Part shown: piece by piece, positions 10,420-19,374 of the stretch | How positions within the stretch are numbered: position 1 is the first letter of the stretch | How the letters are laid out: each line of letters opens with the position of its first letter | Assembly: GCA_039189765.1 (NCBI GenBank) | Contig: JBCCYL010000003.1 | Location: forward strand, 32,001-96,000 | Direction: 5' to 3' | DNA length: 64,000 nt | Source of the DNA: Cyanobacteria bacterium P01_F01_bin.150 | GTDB lineage: Bacteria > Cyanobacteriota > Cyanobacteriia > CAKZMO01 | The notes under the pieces: generated by a model | What the model was told of the DNA's origin: nothing | Database searches by the model: none | The model's input: the letters and a program-made list of their open reading frames with translations, nothing else | Position numbers and translations under genes: made by a program

Positions 10420-10740
10420 ATAGGGTTGCTGTATTATCTTTCTGAACAGGAGGTAAGAGCGTTGATGCGGTTAACTCAAGATTTAGCAGCGACGGGCAGT
10501 TTTTGGGCTTGTGATGTGATGAATGATGTAGTTTGCAATGGTAAAGATAAATGGGCGCAGTATTGGCAGTGGGGATGTGATGAACCGGAGTCTTTTTTTA
10601 GGCAGTATGGTTGGCAGGCTCAGGCCATTCAGCCAGGTGAGGAAGGCGCTTGTTTCGATCGGCATACGTTTCAGTTTGCACCACGAGAAGAGAAAGAGGA
10701 GATGCATATTTTTTTCGTGACGGCGTTTAAGAGTAAGTGA
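10420..10740 (+). pseudogene. C-terminal fragment of an LCM-family SAM-dependent methyltransferase
   Basis: GLLYYLSEQEVRAL, GCDEPESFF..YGW and QPGEEGA motifs; the N-terminal SAM-binding half is absent. Confidence 0.65.
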
Positions 10741-10893
10741 GTCCCCTTGTCCCCCATTAGCGATCGCCGCTCCCATCACATTACGATTGACCAAGCCTAA
10801 AGACAAATTAAATAGAAGACTGGAATGATCGCCCACTTCAGGCCATAACTCAAGCCCCAGCGGTTGTGAGGAACTCCGGGGCTGGCCTCTCAT

Positions 10894-11172
10894 TTAGCCT
10901 TTGGCTGGGGGCTGGTTAACCCGCACTTTCTTGGTGAGGGTGGCCATCACCTCATTGCCCCGCCCGGTTGGCATTAGTCTGCTCCATTCATTGGGTTCGG
11001 CATAGTTGAGGGCATACAGATGCTTGATGGTGGCCTGAACGATGCTTGGGCGACCAAATAGCATATGCCGTACGGGTTCATACTGGGGGCTGGGCAATGG
11101 TGCAGGGGCAGATGATAAATCGGCACTCGCCTCTGTGGACGCATAGGCGTCCGAGTCTGAAGGTTGAAACAT
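10894..11172 (-). CDS. Small cyanobacterial hypothetical protein (EPVRHMLFG..YAEPNEWS type)
   Basis: 92-aa ORF with a GGAG SD ~10 nt upstream; resembles a multicopy cyanobacterial family as recalled, not searched. Confidence 0.75.
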   Translation of the reverse strand: MFQPSDSDAYASTEASADLSSAPAPLPSPQYEPVRHMLFGRPSIVQATIKHLYALNYAEPNEWSRLMPTGRGNEVMATLTKKVRVNQPPAKG

Positions 11173-11385
11173 CGGTTCTGATCTCCGTATTGGGTTTGTA
11201 GGAAACCAGAACTCAACTAACCTCTAACCATCCCGCGATCGCCTGTGACAAGTCGGGTCGGCTAGGGCTAAAATCAACCCAAGCCCTTTGACTGGCTGGT
11301 TCAGTACGAGGGAATAGCCGTTAGCAGGTGCTTCCAACACCTGCTAGCGGCGCTAAAGGATAACTGAGTTCTGAACTTGGGATAG
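11173..11385 (-). promoter_or_regulatory. Structured 5' leader with alternative RBS-sequestering and anti-sequestering helices
   Basis: 12-bp SD hairpin 11175-11186/11201-11212; competing 20-nt helix 11207-11226/11354-11373; 14-bp hairpin 11317-11351. Confidence 0.55.
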
Positions 11386-11710
11386 CAATACGCTTTGGGA
11401 TAGTACGTCAAGGATGTTCGGCACGTCCTGTAGCAATTACGATCCTAGTCACTGAAGATAGGCTGACTGTGGGTGTTTCGTCAAGGAACGGATGGGGGCG
11501 TAAAGTGGCGCTTTTACGATTCTGAGGTCGTAAATGGGAGTTTATCGCCCATTTCGTCCTTATTTTAGGATAGTCACAGTTTGGGCATTGGGGGCACTGG
11601 GGAATGTATGGAGGCAATCGCCATCACGCTACTTCCTCCCACCCCATCAGGACCATCCGCCTCATATTCCAGAACCATTTGCCCTGATTGAAGTCCGTGA
11701 TGCTCAGAGC

Positions 11711-12865
11711 TTATTCATCGATCGCTATTCTTTGGAAAGCCTGATTCACATAGGTTTGGTTAATCCGTTCTTGCTCTAATCTTAGCCCCTGATCAACCAG
11801 ATCAACGTAGAGCGATCGCTCCTCTTCCGTCAGATGAGGCAGATTTTCTGGAGGCGCTGGGGAAACGGATACGGCAAATTCTTGGAAGGCATCGAAGGTC
11901 TGGCGGTCCATCATGATTGAAACGGTACGGGGAAAGTGCGATCGCATTTGCGACAGAATTTTGAAGCCATCGCCATCCAAATCTCCCCAATACAGCAGCT
12001 CACAGTCAGCTAGCCACTGGGCATATTTGAGATTTTGTACGGCGTAGCCACTGCCAAAGAGGGCGATCGCGTTCTCTATCTGGGGCAATGTCAGAAAAGT
12101 CATAAGATTTTCGGTCACGATGCAGCGCTGGGGTGGCAGGTTGAGGCAATTGAAATCAGATAGAGGCAGACTGATATCCTGCAATTGCAGCGGGGAGGGA
12201 TAGAGAAATCTAAGGCGAATTAGAGGTTCTCGATACTTGAGCAAAAACCGTTTTTCAAAGATATAATCCCGCTCATTTTCAATAGTGATCAGCTTTTCAT
12301 CTGGCAGAATCGCTTCTAAAAGGCTACGAAGGATGGCCTTATTTTGCTCAATAAATTTGGTGTCGACCGCAATGGAGAGTTCGCGAATATATCGATTAGG
12401 ATTTTTATAGTGATGATCCCGAAAATATTGGCAGACTTTGAGTAGATTGGGCCAGCGATCGCCATTTTCTACTACTTTTTTGGGATGGGCTAAAAGCCAG
12501 GATTCCAGTTCAGGAATGATTAACCTAATTTGGTGAATATCCGCTTTGAACTGCTTGACTTCTGTCTCCTTTTTGATAAGTTTTATATAGTCCGCTTCAT
12601 TATCAATACTCACCCGCTGAGGCAAAGACTGTACTCCATATTTTTGCGTCCGTCGGCTTTCCAAGTGCAGATCGTATCCATAGCCAATCGTTTGTTTAGA
12701 ATTTTTGATAAGCTGATTGACCGCTTTCTGAAGCGTTGGATAATCTTTGGGGCGGGCACCGATAGGAAACTCCAACGGGAAAAAAGAATCTCCTGTAACC
12801 ACCGAACAAAGAAAATTAGTGTACCGATACTGGGCTTTCTTTTGGATTTGGGCAGGGTCAATCAT
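11711..12865 (-). CDS. jetD: Wadjet nuclease JetD (DUF3322 + DUF2220 Toprim)
   Basis: YIRELSIAVDTKFIE, ENLMTF, GSGY, YWGDLDGDGFKIL, RLEQERI; likely start MIDP at 12865. Confidence 0.9.
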   Translation of the reverse strand: MIDPAQIQKKAQYRYTNFLCSVVTGDSFFPLEFPIGARPKDYPTLQKAVNQLIKNSKQTIGYGYDLHLESRRTQKYGVQSLPQRVSIDNEADYIKLIKKETEVKQFKADIHQIRLIIPELESWLLAHPKKVVENGDRWPNLLKVCQYFRDHHYKNPNRYIRELSIAVDTKFIEQNKAILRSLLEAILPDEKLITIENERDYIFEKRFLLKYREPLIRLRFLYPSPLQLQDISLPLSDFNCLNLPPQRCIVTENLMTFLTLPQIENAIALFGSGYAVQNLKYAQWLADCELLYWGDLDGDGFKILSQMRSHFPRTVSIMMDRQTFDAFQEFAVSVSPAPPENLPHLTEEERSLYVDLVDQGLRLEQERINQTYVNQAFQRIAIDE

Positions 12866-12967
12866 TTTCTTAAGCAGTGCCGTTATTTGCGTAGTAGCGC
12901 GACAGGCTCCTGGTTGCCCTGACATTGTAAGATTTAAAGAGTACGCGCAACTCGGGATAGTGAGCCA

Positions 12968-13633
12968 ATGGTCAATGTCGTATCTCGCGTAAAGAATTCT
13001 CAGCCCGATAATGAGTTTTCTCCCCAAGCGTTTGTAGTGTTGCAGAATATCAGTTGGCCCACGTATCAGGCGCTTTTAGCCGATATGGGCGAGCATCGGG
13101 CTGCCCGACTGACCTACTGTTGTGGCACTCTGGAAATTAAGATGCCATCCAAATTACATGAGCTGATCAATCGTCTGTTGGAACGAATTATCGCTACGTT
13201 GACGGAAGAATTGGGATTGGACATTGTGCCGTTGGGGTCCACTCGTTTTGATGCCGAAGAGAGTGAACAGGGTGTAGAACCAGATTCCTGTTTTTATATT
13301 CAACATGCCAATTGTGTAGAGCCAGACGATATTGCGCCTCCCCAAGATATTCCTCCGGATCTGGTGGTTGAGGTAGACATCACCAGTTCATCAAAGTCTC
13401 GTCTATTGGTATACCAAATGATGGGAGTCCCAGAAGTGTGGCGCTACAATCGTCAGGAGATAAAGATTCTTCTGCTCACTCAAGGGGAATATGTGGAGTG
13501 TTCCAGTAGCCCGACATTTCCCATGCTCTCAGCGAAGACCTTATGGCGGTTTTTAGAGCTTGGCAAACAATCCAAGAACCACAATCAGATCATTGCTGAA
13601 CTCCGGGCATGGATTAGAAAACAGGCTGGTTGA
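12968..13633 (+). CDS. Uma2 family endonuclease-like protein
   Basis: ISWPTYQAL, EPDSCFYIQ, PPDLVVEVDITS, GVPEVWRY. Confidence 0.92.
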   Translation: MVNVVSRVKNSQPDNEFSPQAFVVLQNISWPTYQALLADMGEHRAARLTYCCGTLEIKMPSKLHELINRLLERIIATLTEELGLDIVPLGSTRFDAEESEQGVEPDSCFYIQHANCVEPDDIAPPQDIPPDLVVEVDITSSSKSRLLVYQMMGVPEVWRYNRQEIKILLLTQGEYVECSSSPTFPMLSAKTLWRFLELGKQSKNHNQIIAELRAWIRKQAG

Positions 13634-13662
13634 CTGACAACAGTAGGCGTATGGGGTGGTCC

Positions 13663-13727
13663 AGATCCCAGGGTTCTGCAAAAGAATCTAGCGAGAAGCC
13701 AAAGCGTTAGACAGAACCCTGGGATCT
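13663..13727. repeat. 16-bp perfect inverted repeat between convergent Uma2 and jetC (short dispersed repeat or terminator)
   Basis: AGATCCCAGGGTTCTG (13663-13678) / CAGAACCCTGGGATCT (13712-13727). Confidence 0.7.
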
Positions 13728-13742
13728 CAGCGTTTAGGGTTC

Positions 13743-16700
13743 TTACTCTGAGCGATCGCCATTTAGAGCCTCCTGCCGTTTATATCGGTAGTCTTCAATG
13801 GTAATCGAGGCAATTTTCGAGCAATCGCCTTCAGGAGTATTAGAAACAAAGTGAAGGCTGGCAATATAGGGCTCAATCACATTAATTTTATCTTTGGGAG
13901 TCACGACTAATAGCTGGAGATTCAGGTTCTTAAATAATTCCATGGCATAGCGGGCATTGCTATCATCAGACTTGCTAAAGGCTTCGTCAATGACCACAAA
14001 ACGGAAGGATTTATGCTTGATGCTTTCCTGGTTTAGTCCAAACTGATAGGCGATCGCCGAGGCCAAAATCGTGTAGGCCAGCTTTACCTTTTGCCCCCCG
14101 GATTTTCCAGAAGAGTCCGTATGGTGTTCCTTTTCCGTATGGTCCGCTCGATAGCGTTCACTAACGGAAAAATCCAGCCACTTGCGCACATCGGTCACCA
14201 ATGCCGTCCATCGGTCTTCGGCCTTAAAACGTTCAATCAGTCGAGTTTGAATATTATTAAATCGCTCTTCATTATCTTCAAAATCCTGTTTAGCCACATC
14301 CCCCAAACAGAGTTTCAAATCATCCTTAAAGTCGCGAATTTCGCGATTGCGAGTGGTGTCACAACAGAGGTTAATATAAGTAGAGTCGGTGTAGTCAATC
14401 TTTTGCAGCGATTCGTTGAGTTCTTCAATGGCTTGTTGGATTTCTTCTTCCTGCTTTTCCAAAGCACTTTTGAACATAGAAATGGCAATAATCACCTTTT
14501 CGTTCATTAACTGCTTAAATCGCTTTTCGTGGCGGGGTAAATCATCCTTTTGAATCTGATTTTTACGATTAACGTATTCCTCCACGTAGTCCAAGGTCGT
14601 GCCCAATTCCGATGCCATTTCAGGAAAAGAATTTTTGAACCGTTCCATTTGAATTTGCAATGAGCTTTCCGATTTTTCTTGCTTGCGCTCATGCTGTCGA
14701 ACCTTGTCCCGCAAAAAGTCATGCAAGTTCCGCTCTTCTTTAGCAATGGTAGCAAGGGTCATCTCATATTTCTTCAGCTTGGTGGCCATGGCTTTTTCAA
14801 ATGCCTCTAGGTCACTGGCCGCAGATCCGTCTGCGATCGCCTCACATTTGCTCTGCTCCTCCTGGGCAGAGGCCTGACGATCTTCTAGGGTTTGAATCTG
14901 ACGGATCAGCGTTTCTCTCTGTTGCTCTGCCTCAGCAATTTCAGTCCGGGCATCTTGGAGCTGCTGCTCCAGTTGCTTGAGCCGATCGGAGCTAGCCTCT
15001 AGCTCTTGGCGCTGGTTTTCTAAATCGATTCGTTTGAAGTCCAGCGAACGCCAATCGATGTCGGAGAAGTCCTCATAGTTCATAAAATCCTGGAGCCAAG
15101 AGCGCTGCTGCTGGCGTTTACCTCGCTCCTCTTCAATAAACTGAATCCGCTGCTCAATCTGCTTCAACTGTTTTTTAATTTTGCGGAGTTCTGACTCCAG
15201 CGCTTTAATTTTGTTGACATTGCTCCAGCCCAGAATGTAACGACTGCGATCGCCAATTTTAGACCGATCGTCCTTCTCGTGACGTTCGCCTCCGTGCTTA
15301 ATCAATCCGCTAGTAGTGATGGCCCGCGCTTCCCGCTGGAACTGCTCAATAGAGTCACAACACACGTAGTTAAACTGGCGCACCAGTTGGCCCCGGAGCC
15401 ACTGATAAAAGGTGAGATTGTCCTGTTTGATTTCCAGTTTGTAGGGCACATGGTCCGGCGGCACATCTCGCTGGGTAGCTTTGCCGCCAGGACCATCATC
15501 TGTAATCCGGTAATACACCAAGCGGCCCTTCAAATGGGTGCGATGAACATAGGCATTTACCGCTGCATAATCATCATCGGACACCAGCACACATAGGCCA
15601 AAGCCCCGCAACAATCGCTCGATTGCCCCTTCCCATTCCTGGGCTTCAGGCCGCACCTGCAATAGTTCTCCCACAAAGGGCAGTTCAGTTTCATCTAACT
15701 TGAGATCTTTGACCAAGCGATCGCGAATATCCAAATTACTCTTGGGGATCTGGCTTTTGCGACTGCGGAGAGACTTGAGCTCTTCTTCCAGTTCTGTACA
15801 CTGTTTGACCAGTTCCGCCTGTTCGACCTTGAGTTCGTCCCGCTGACCTTCCAGGATGTTTAGCCCCGTCTCAATCTCAGCCTTGAGGTCCTCTCCCTCG
15901 GTGCGATTAGTGTAAAAAGTGTCACGATCGGTATACTCCCCAAACTCTAGCTTTGCTGCCAGTTGATTGTAGGCAGTGGCCTGTTTTTGACTGCGATCGA
16001 CCGCCTCTTTGGCCTGGGCAATTTCTCGTGCCAGCTCCTGCAAGCGCTGGCCGATGCTGTCTTGCTTAATCGCAAATTCCAGGTCTTTTTCCCGCTGGCG
16101 TAGATCAGAAAGGTGGCGATCGCGCTCGGTCCGTTGGTCCTGATACTGGGTCAGTTCTTGATTAATCGCCTGTAGGTCTTGGACCAGCAAGGTCAACTTC
16201 TTACAAGCAAAAAAGGCCGGTAGAATTCCCTGTAACGCCTGGGTTTTAGCCGCATCATCCTTGAGCCGCTTATATTTTTTGGCTTCATCGGTCAGGGGTT
16301 TGAGGGCCTCTAACTGCTGACGGGCATTGAGGATGGCGGTGTGGGAAACGGTAAGGTTTTCGTAGCTTTCTTGCAGCTCCCGAATCTTTGTGCGCATGTC
16401 CACTTTTTCCAACATGTGATTGCGCACAAAATCGTTCAGTCCCCCGATTTCTTTGATGCTGACGGTTTGGTTAAACAGGTCCAACGCCTTTTCGGACTGG
16501 AGACCCAACCGTTTGCGAAACTGCTGACTGTAGCGGGTAAAGTCATCAAACAAGAATGCGCCATTCACCTTGAGCTGCTTCTTTAAATCCGCGACTCGAC
16601 TGAACTGGGAAAAATCCTGACGGATGGTTAACTGCTCATCCGCCAGCACAAAAAATTTCCGCACCGAGCCATCCTGCATCCACAGGACTTGAGCCAGGGT

Positions 16701-17255
16701 CACGTTCTGGGCGCTGACATGATCCTGGAAATAGGCGAGCAGCACCGACAACGTGGCTTTTTCTCGCAATAGCTTGGGCTTAGACCCGTAGGACTCTTCC
16801 GATCGCGTCCGTCCATAGGCCCCCTGGACATAGCTCTTTTCATTCCGCTCTTTCTTACCGGTCCCTGTGGACGCTTGATTATAGTTGCGGCCCCGATTTG
16901 GAACAAGCAGCGTCAACATTCCATCTACCAGGGTTGACTTTCCAGACCCATTGGCCCCGGTCAGTAATCCAATTCCGCCGTTTAAATCAAGCGCCCAAGG
17001 AGTTTGATCAAACGTGCCCCAATTCAGTATTTCCAATCGCTGTAGGCGAAATCCAGCCAAGGCATTTTCACCGTAATGGCCATTGCTATTTTGGCTCACC
17101 GTATTTTGGCTCGCTGTACCTTGGCTCCCCGTATCTTGGCTTACTTCTCCTTGGCCCCCAGTACTCTTGCCATTGCCATTCTCTGAACCATTTTTTGAAC
17201 TATTCTTTGCCGTACGCTCGTTATCTAGGGTATCCAGAACATCAGCCTTTGTCAT
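13743..17255 (-). CDS. jetC: Wadjet SMC-like ATPase JetC
   Basis: LEILNWGTF, Walker A GANGSGKST, long coiled coils, PFVGELL hinge region, KSGGQK signature, VVIDEAF Walker B; overlaps jetB. Confidence 0.93.
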   Translation of the reverse strand: MTKADVLDTLDNERTAKNSSKNGSENGNGKSTGGQGEVSQDTGSQGTASQNTVSQNSNGHYGENALAGFRLQRLEILNWGTFDQTPWALDLNGGIGLLTGANGSGKSTLVDGMLTLLVPNRGRNYNQASTGTGKKERNEKSYVQGAYGRTRSEESYGSKPKLLREKATLSVLLAYFQDHVSAQNVTLAQVLWMQDGSVRKFFVLADEQLTIRQDFSQFSRVADLKKQLKVNGAFLFDDFTRYSQQFRKRLGLQSEKALDLFNQTVSIKEIGGLNDFVRNHMLEKVDMRTKIRELQESYENLTVSHTAILNARQQLEALKPLTDEAKKYKRLKDDAAKTQALQGILPAFFACKKLTLLVQDLQAINQELTQYQDQRTERDRHLSDLRQREKDLEFAIKQDSIGQRLQELAREIAQAKEAVDRSQKQATAYNQLAAKLEFGEYTDRDTFYTNRTEGEDLKAEIETGLNILEGQRDELKVEQAELVKQCTELEEELKSLRSRKSQIPKSNLDIRDRLVKDLKLDETELPFVGELLQVRPEAQEWEGAIERLLRGFGLCVLVSDDDYAAVNAYVHRTHLKGRLVYYRITDDGPGGKATQRDVPPDHVPYKLEIKQDNLTFYQWLRGQLVRQFNYVCCDSIEQFQREARAITTSGLIKHGGERHEKDDRSKIGDRSRYILGWSNVNKIKALESELRKIKKQLKQIEQRIQFIEEERGKRQQQRSWLQDFMNYEDFSDIDWRSLDFKRIDLENQRQELEASSDRLKQLEQQLQDARTEIAEAEQQRETLIRQIQTLEDRQASAQEEQSKCEAIADGSAASDLEAFEKAMATKLKKYEMTLATIAKEERNLHDFLRDKVRQHERKQEKSESSLQIQMERFKNSFPEMASELGTTLDYVEEYVNRKNQIQKDDLPRHEKRFKQLMNEKVIIAISMFKSALEKQEEEIQQAIEELNESLQKIDYTDSTYINLCCDTTRNREIRDFKDDLKLCLGDVAKQDFEDNEERFNNIQTRLIERFKAEDRWTALVTDVRKWLDFSVSERYRADHTEKEHHTDSSGKSGGQKVKLAYTILASAIAYQFGLNQESIKHKSFRFVVIDEAFSKSDDSNARYAMELFKNLNLQLLVVTPKDKINVIEPYIASLHFVSNTPEGDCSKIASITIEDYRYKRQEALNGDRSE

Positions 17256-17823
17256 TGCTATACTCCTCCAGCTTTTGCTTTAAGCGTTCCAACATATCCG
17301 CGTCAATTTTGGCTTTGATGATGGGGCGGACTTCGTAGTTGGCTTCCCGCCCTGATAGTCGTCGCAAAAAGCCCAAGTCTGTCACTTGCCGCACCAAGCT
17401 ATCCACATCGCGCCGAAATTTCTCTTCGTTATTGGTGTCAGGCAAATAGGGCTGGAGGAGATCCCTCAGGGTTTCAATATTCAGCACCAGTCGCCCAGTG
17501 GCATCGCTGGAGTCAAACTGTCGCAATTGGTCCCGCAACAGCACACACAAAAGCGTCACTTTGAAGCTGAGCGATCGCCGTGCCGTCAGCCGAGGTAAGA
17601 CTTCACTGGCGGGAGCATCCTCATCTGGGTCCGGCTGGTCTACGTAAGCAAAACCGTCGGTGTCGAAGTTCTGGACCCGCATGCCAATTTTGCTGAAGTA
17701 TTCCTCAATCGGAGTCAAGTAACTTTGCAGCCGATCCCAATGGGGGTCATCGCTGTACATCACGCCTTTCAACAGCTTAATAATGACCGGAGCATAGGGT
17801 TGGGGTGGCTGGGATTCGATCAT
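17242..17823 (-). CDS. jetB: Wadjet JetB (DUF4194)
   Basis: IIKLLKGVMY, DGFAYV, TLLCVLLR, LGFLRRL, YEVRPIIKA; coupled to jetC. Confidence 0.88.
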   Translation of the reverse strand: MIESQPPQPYAPVIIKLLKGVMYSDDPHWDRLQSYLTPIEEYFSKIGMRVQNFDTDGFAYVDQPDPDEDAPASEVLPRLTARRSLSFKVTLLCVLLRDQLRQFDSSDATGRLVLNIETLRDLLQPYLPDTNNEEKFRRDVDSLVRQVTDLGFLRRLSGREANYEVRPIIKAKIDADMLERLKQKLEEYSNDKG

Positions 17824-17857
17824 GTAGCTTTGCGAAAAGGATAGATGCAGTATGTGG

Positions 17858-17916
17858 AAGGACGCTCTTTATGATATTCAGACTATTAAGGACGCTCTTT
17901 ATGATATTCAGACTAT
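17858..17916. repeat. Tandem duplication, 29 bp x2 (30-bp period)
   Basis: AAGGACGCTCTTTATGATATTCAGACTAT at 17858 and 17888. Confidence 0.9.
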
Positions 17917-17983
17917 CACCGTACGCTGCCTGGAACCGTATTGTTAAGTTCAGTTTCTGAATTACTGGCAAAATAGTCAATTC

Positions 17984-18188
17984 TTGGAATGTTCATTCCG
18001 TGGCCTTTAAAATCAAAAGCATTCATGCGTAGATTCTGCATTAGGTCAGGAGACCTGACCCCTACCGTGGCTAAATACCCTGTAGGGGAGAGGTTTCCTC
18101 GCCCGATGCAGAGCGGTTGATAATCGATATTGTTCACCAAAACTGCATGAATCAATGGATGCCAGAAGCAGGCAAAATGAACAGCCCA
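17984..18188. repeat. REP-containing ~205-bp element, copy 1 (inverted relative to 22601-22805)
   Basis: Reverse complement aligns without gaps to 22601-22805; contains GGTCAGGAGACCTGACCCCTAC and GTAGGGGAGAGGTTTCCTCGCCC. Confidence 0.85.
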
Positions 18189-18352
18189 GTCAATGCTCGT
18201 TAAGGCACGTCAATGCCCCTTTTCTTGCAAACACCGTTCAACCCACTCTGCGTCCTTTTTTTCGAAGCAAGGGACTGGAGCTTGACAATAATCCTATCCC
18301 CCTTACGACCTTAAGCTTCTTCAGCAGCCCCTTTAAGTCTTGCAACCACAGA

Positions 18353-19042
18353 CTAACGCAACCACTCTCTCAACATCAGTTCTGCTTCTACCTCATCCTG
18401 ACGGGCGATCGCCAAAAACTCATACAGCTTTTCTTTTGGTACGGATGGAAAGGTTGGACTCGCCTCCACTTCCTTATACTCGCCATTCTGCAACGCATAA
18501 ATACGCCACAACTCACCGTTATAGCGCCAAAATTCCGGTATCCCCATAGCTGCATAGAGCGTTAATTTATTGATATCGGTGTGGGTGATATCGACTTCCA
18601 CCACTAAATCGGGCGGTGGATCGCGGTCTAAATCTACGTCCCGACCTGCGACTAACGGCTGATTCTGAATGTAGTAGGCGTTATCTGGTTCAGCGGATCG
18701 ATCCAGCCTTTCTCTGTCCAGGGTAGTCGATCCCATTGTTTTTACCTTCATGCCCAACTCTAGGACTAAAATCCAAATGAATTTCTCAATCAAGCGGGTC
18801 GCAAACTCGTGGATTTCAAGGGGCATGGTAACTTCTAAGGTTCCGTTTAAGTAGGTGAAATGGATGTTACGATTGACGATGGATGGAGCAGGGCCTTGGG
18901 TTCCCTGTGCGTTGCCCGGACCACGACTCAAGATTTCTCGCAGTGCTTGATAACGCTGCCAATCGAGGTCACGGAACACTAACCGTTTTTCCCCAACAGG
19001 CTTGGGAACAGGCTGAGTAATGATGGGTACAACGCTAACCAT
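18353..19042 (-). CDS. Uma2 family endonuclease-like protein
   Basis: LEVTMPLEIHE, EPDNAYYIQN, PPDLVVEVDIT, GIPEFWRY. Confidence 0.92.
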   Translation of the reverse strand: MVSVVPIITQPVPKPVGEKRLVFRDLDWQRYQALREILSRGPGNAQGTQGPAPSIVNRNIHFTYLNGTLEVTMPLEIHEFATRLIEKFIWILVLELGMKVKTMGSTTLDRERLDRSAEPDNAYYIQNQPLVAGRDVDLDRDPPPDLVVEVDITHTDINKLTLYAAMGIPEFWRYNGELWRIYALQNGEYKEVEASPTFPSVPKEKLYEFLAIARQDEVEAELMLREWLR

Positions 19043-19374
19043 TGGTGTATGGAGATAAAGGACGTAATAATTTCTGATCTTAGTTTAGATCGCAGGGTAG
19101 TGCGATCGCCCCAAAGTAGTCGCGCAAAATTCGCTGTGTTCGATAGCGATCGCCTGGGAGCAGATGGGGAAAATAAATGAAATGTATAGGATTTGTCTGG
19201 ATTTAACAGTTTTGCTGGTGCCATAGAGAAGCCTAGGAACGCGCAAGGTTTATTTTTCCGAACATCAATTGGTGTTTGGCTGAGACGGTGGAATTTGTAC
19301 GATGTGTTTCAACCAGCAATGCGAGGAAACAGCTTCGCGTAAGATTTGCATAGCTCACAACAGATCCATCTATC

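Noticed and set aside
12866..13027. Long N-terminus given for jetD in the ORF track
   Set aside because: It overlaps the divergent Uma2 gene; the JetD-like sequence begins at MIDP (12865)
17858..17916. Possible CRISPR repeats (also 52867-52918)
   Set aside because: Only two copies, separated by 1-8 bp rather than spacer-length sequence; no cas genes
17916..18155. ORFs 17916..18155 (-) and 22589..22828 (+) look like paralogous small proteins
   Set aside because: The similarity comes from the non-coding inverted REP element; starts and ends do not correspond
19043..19224. MAPAKLLNPDKSYTF start resembling a cyanobacterial hypothetical family
   Set aside because: Only ~15 residues look familiar; too little to call, though it may be another remnant
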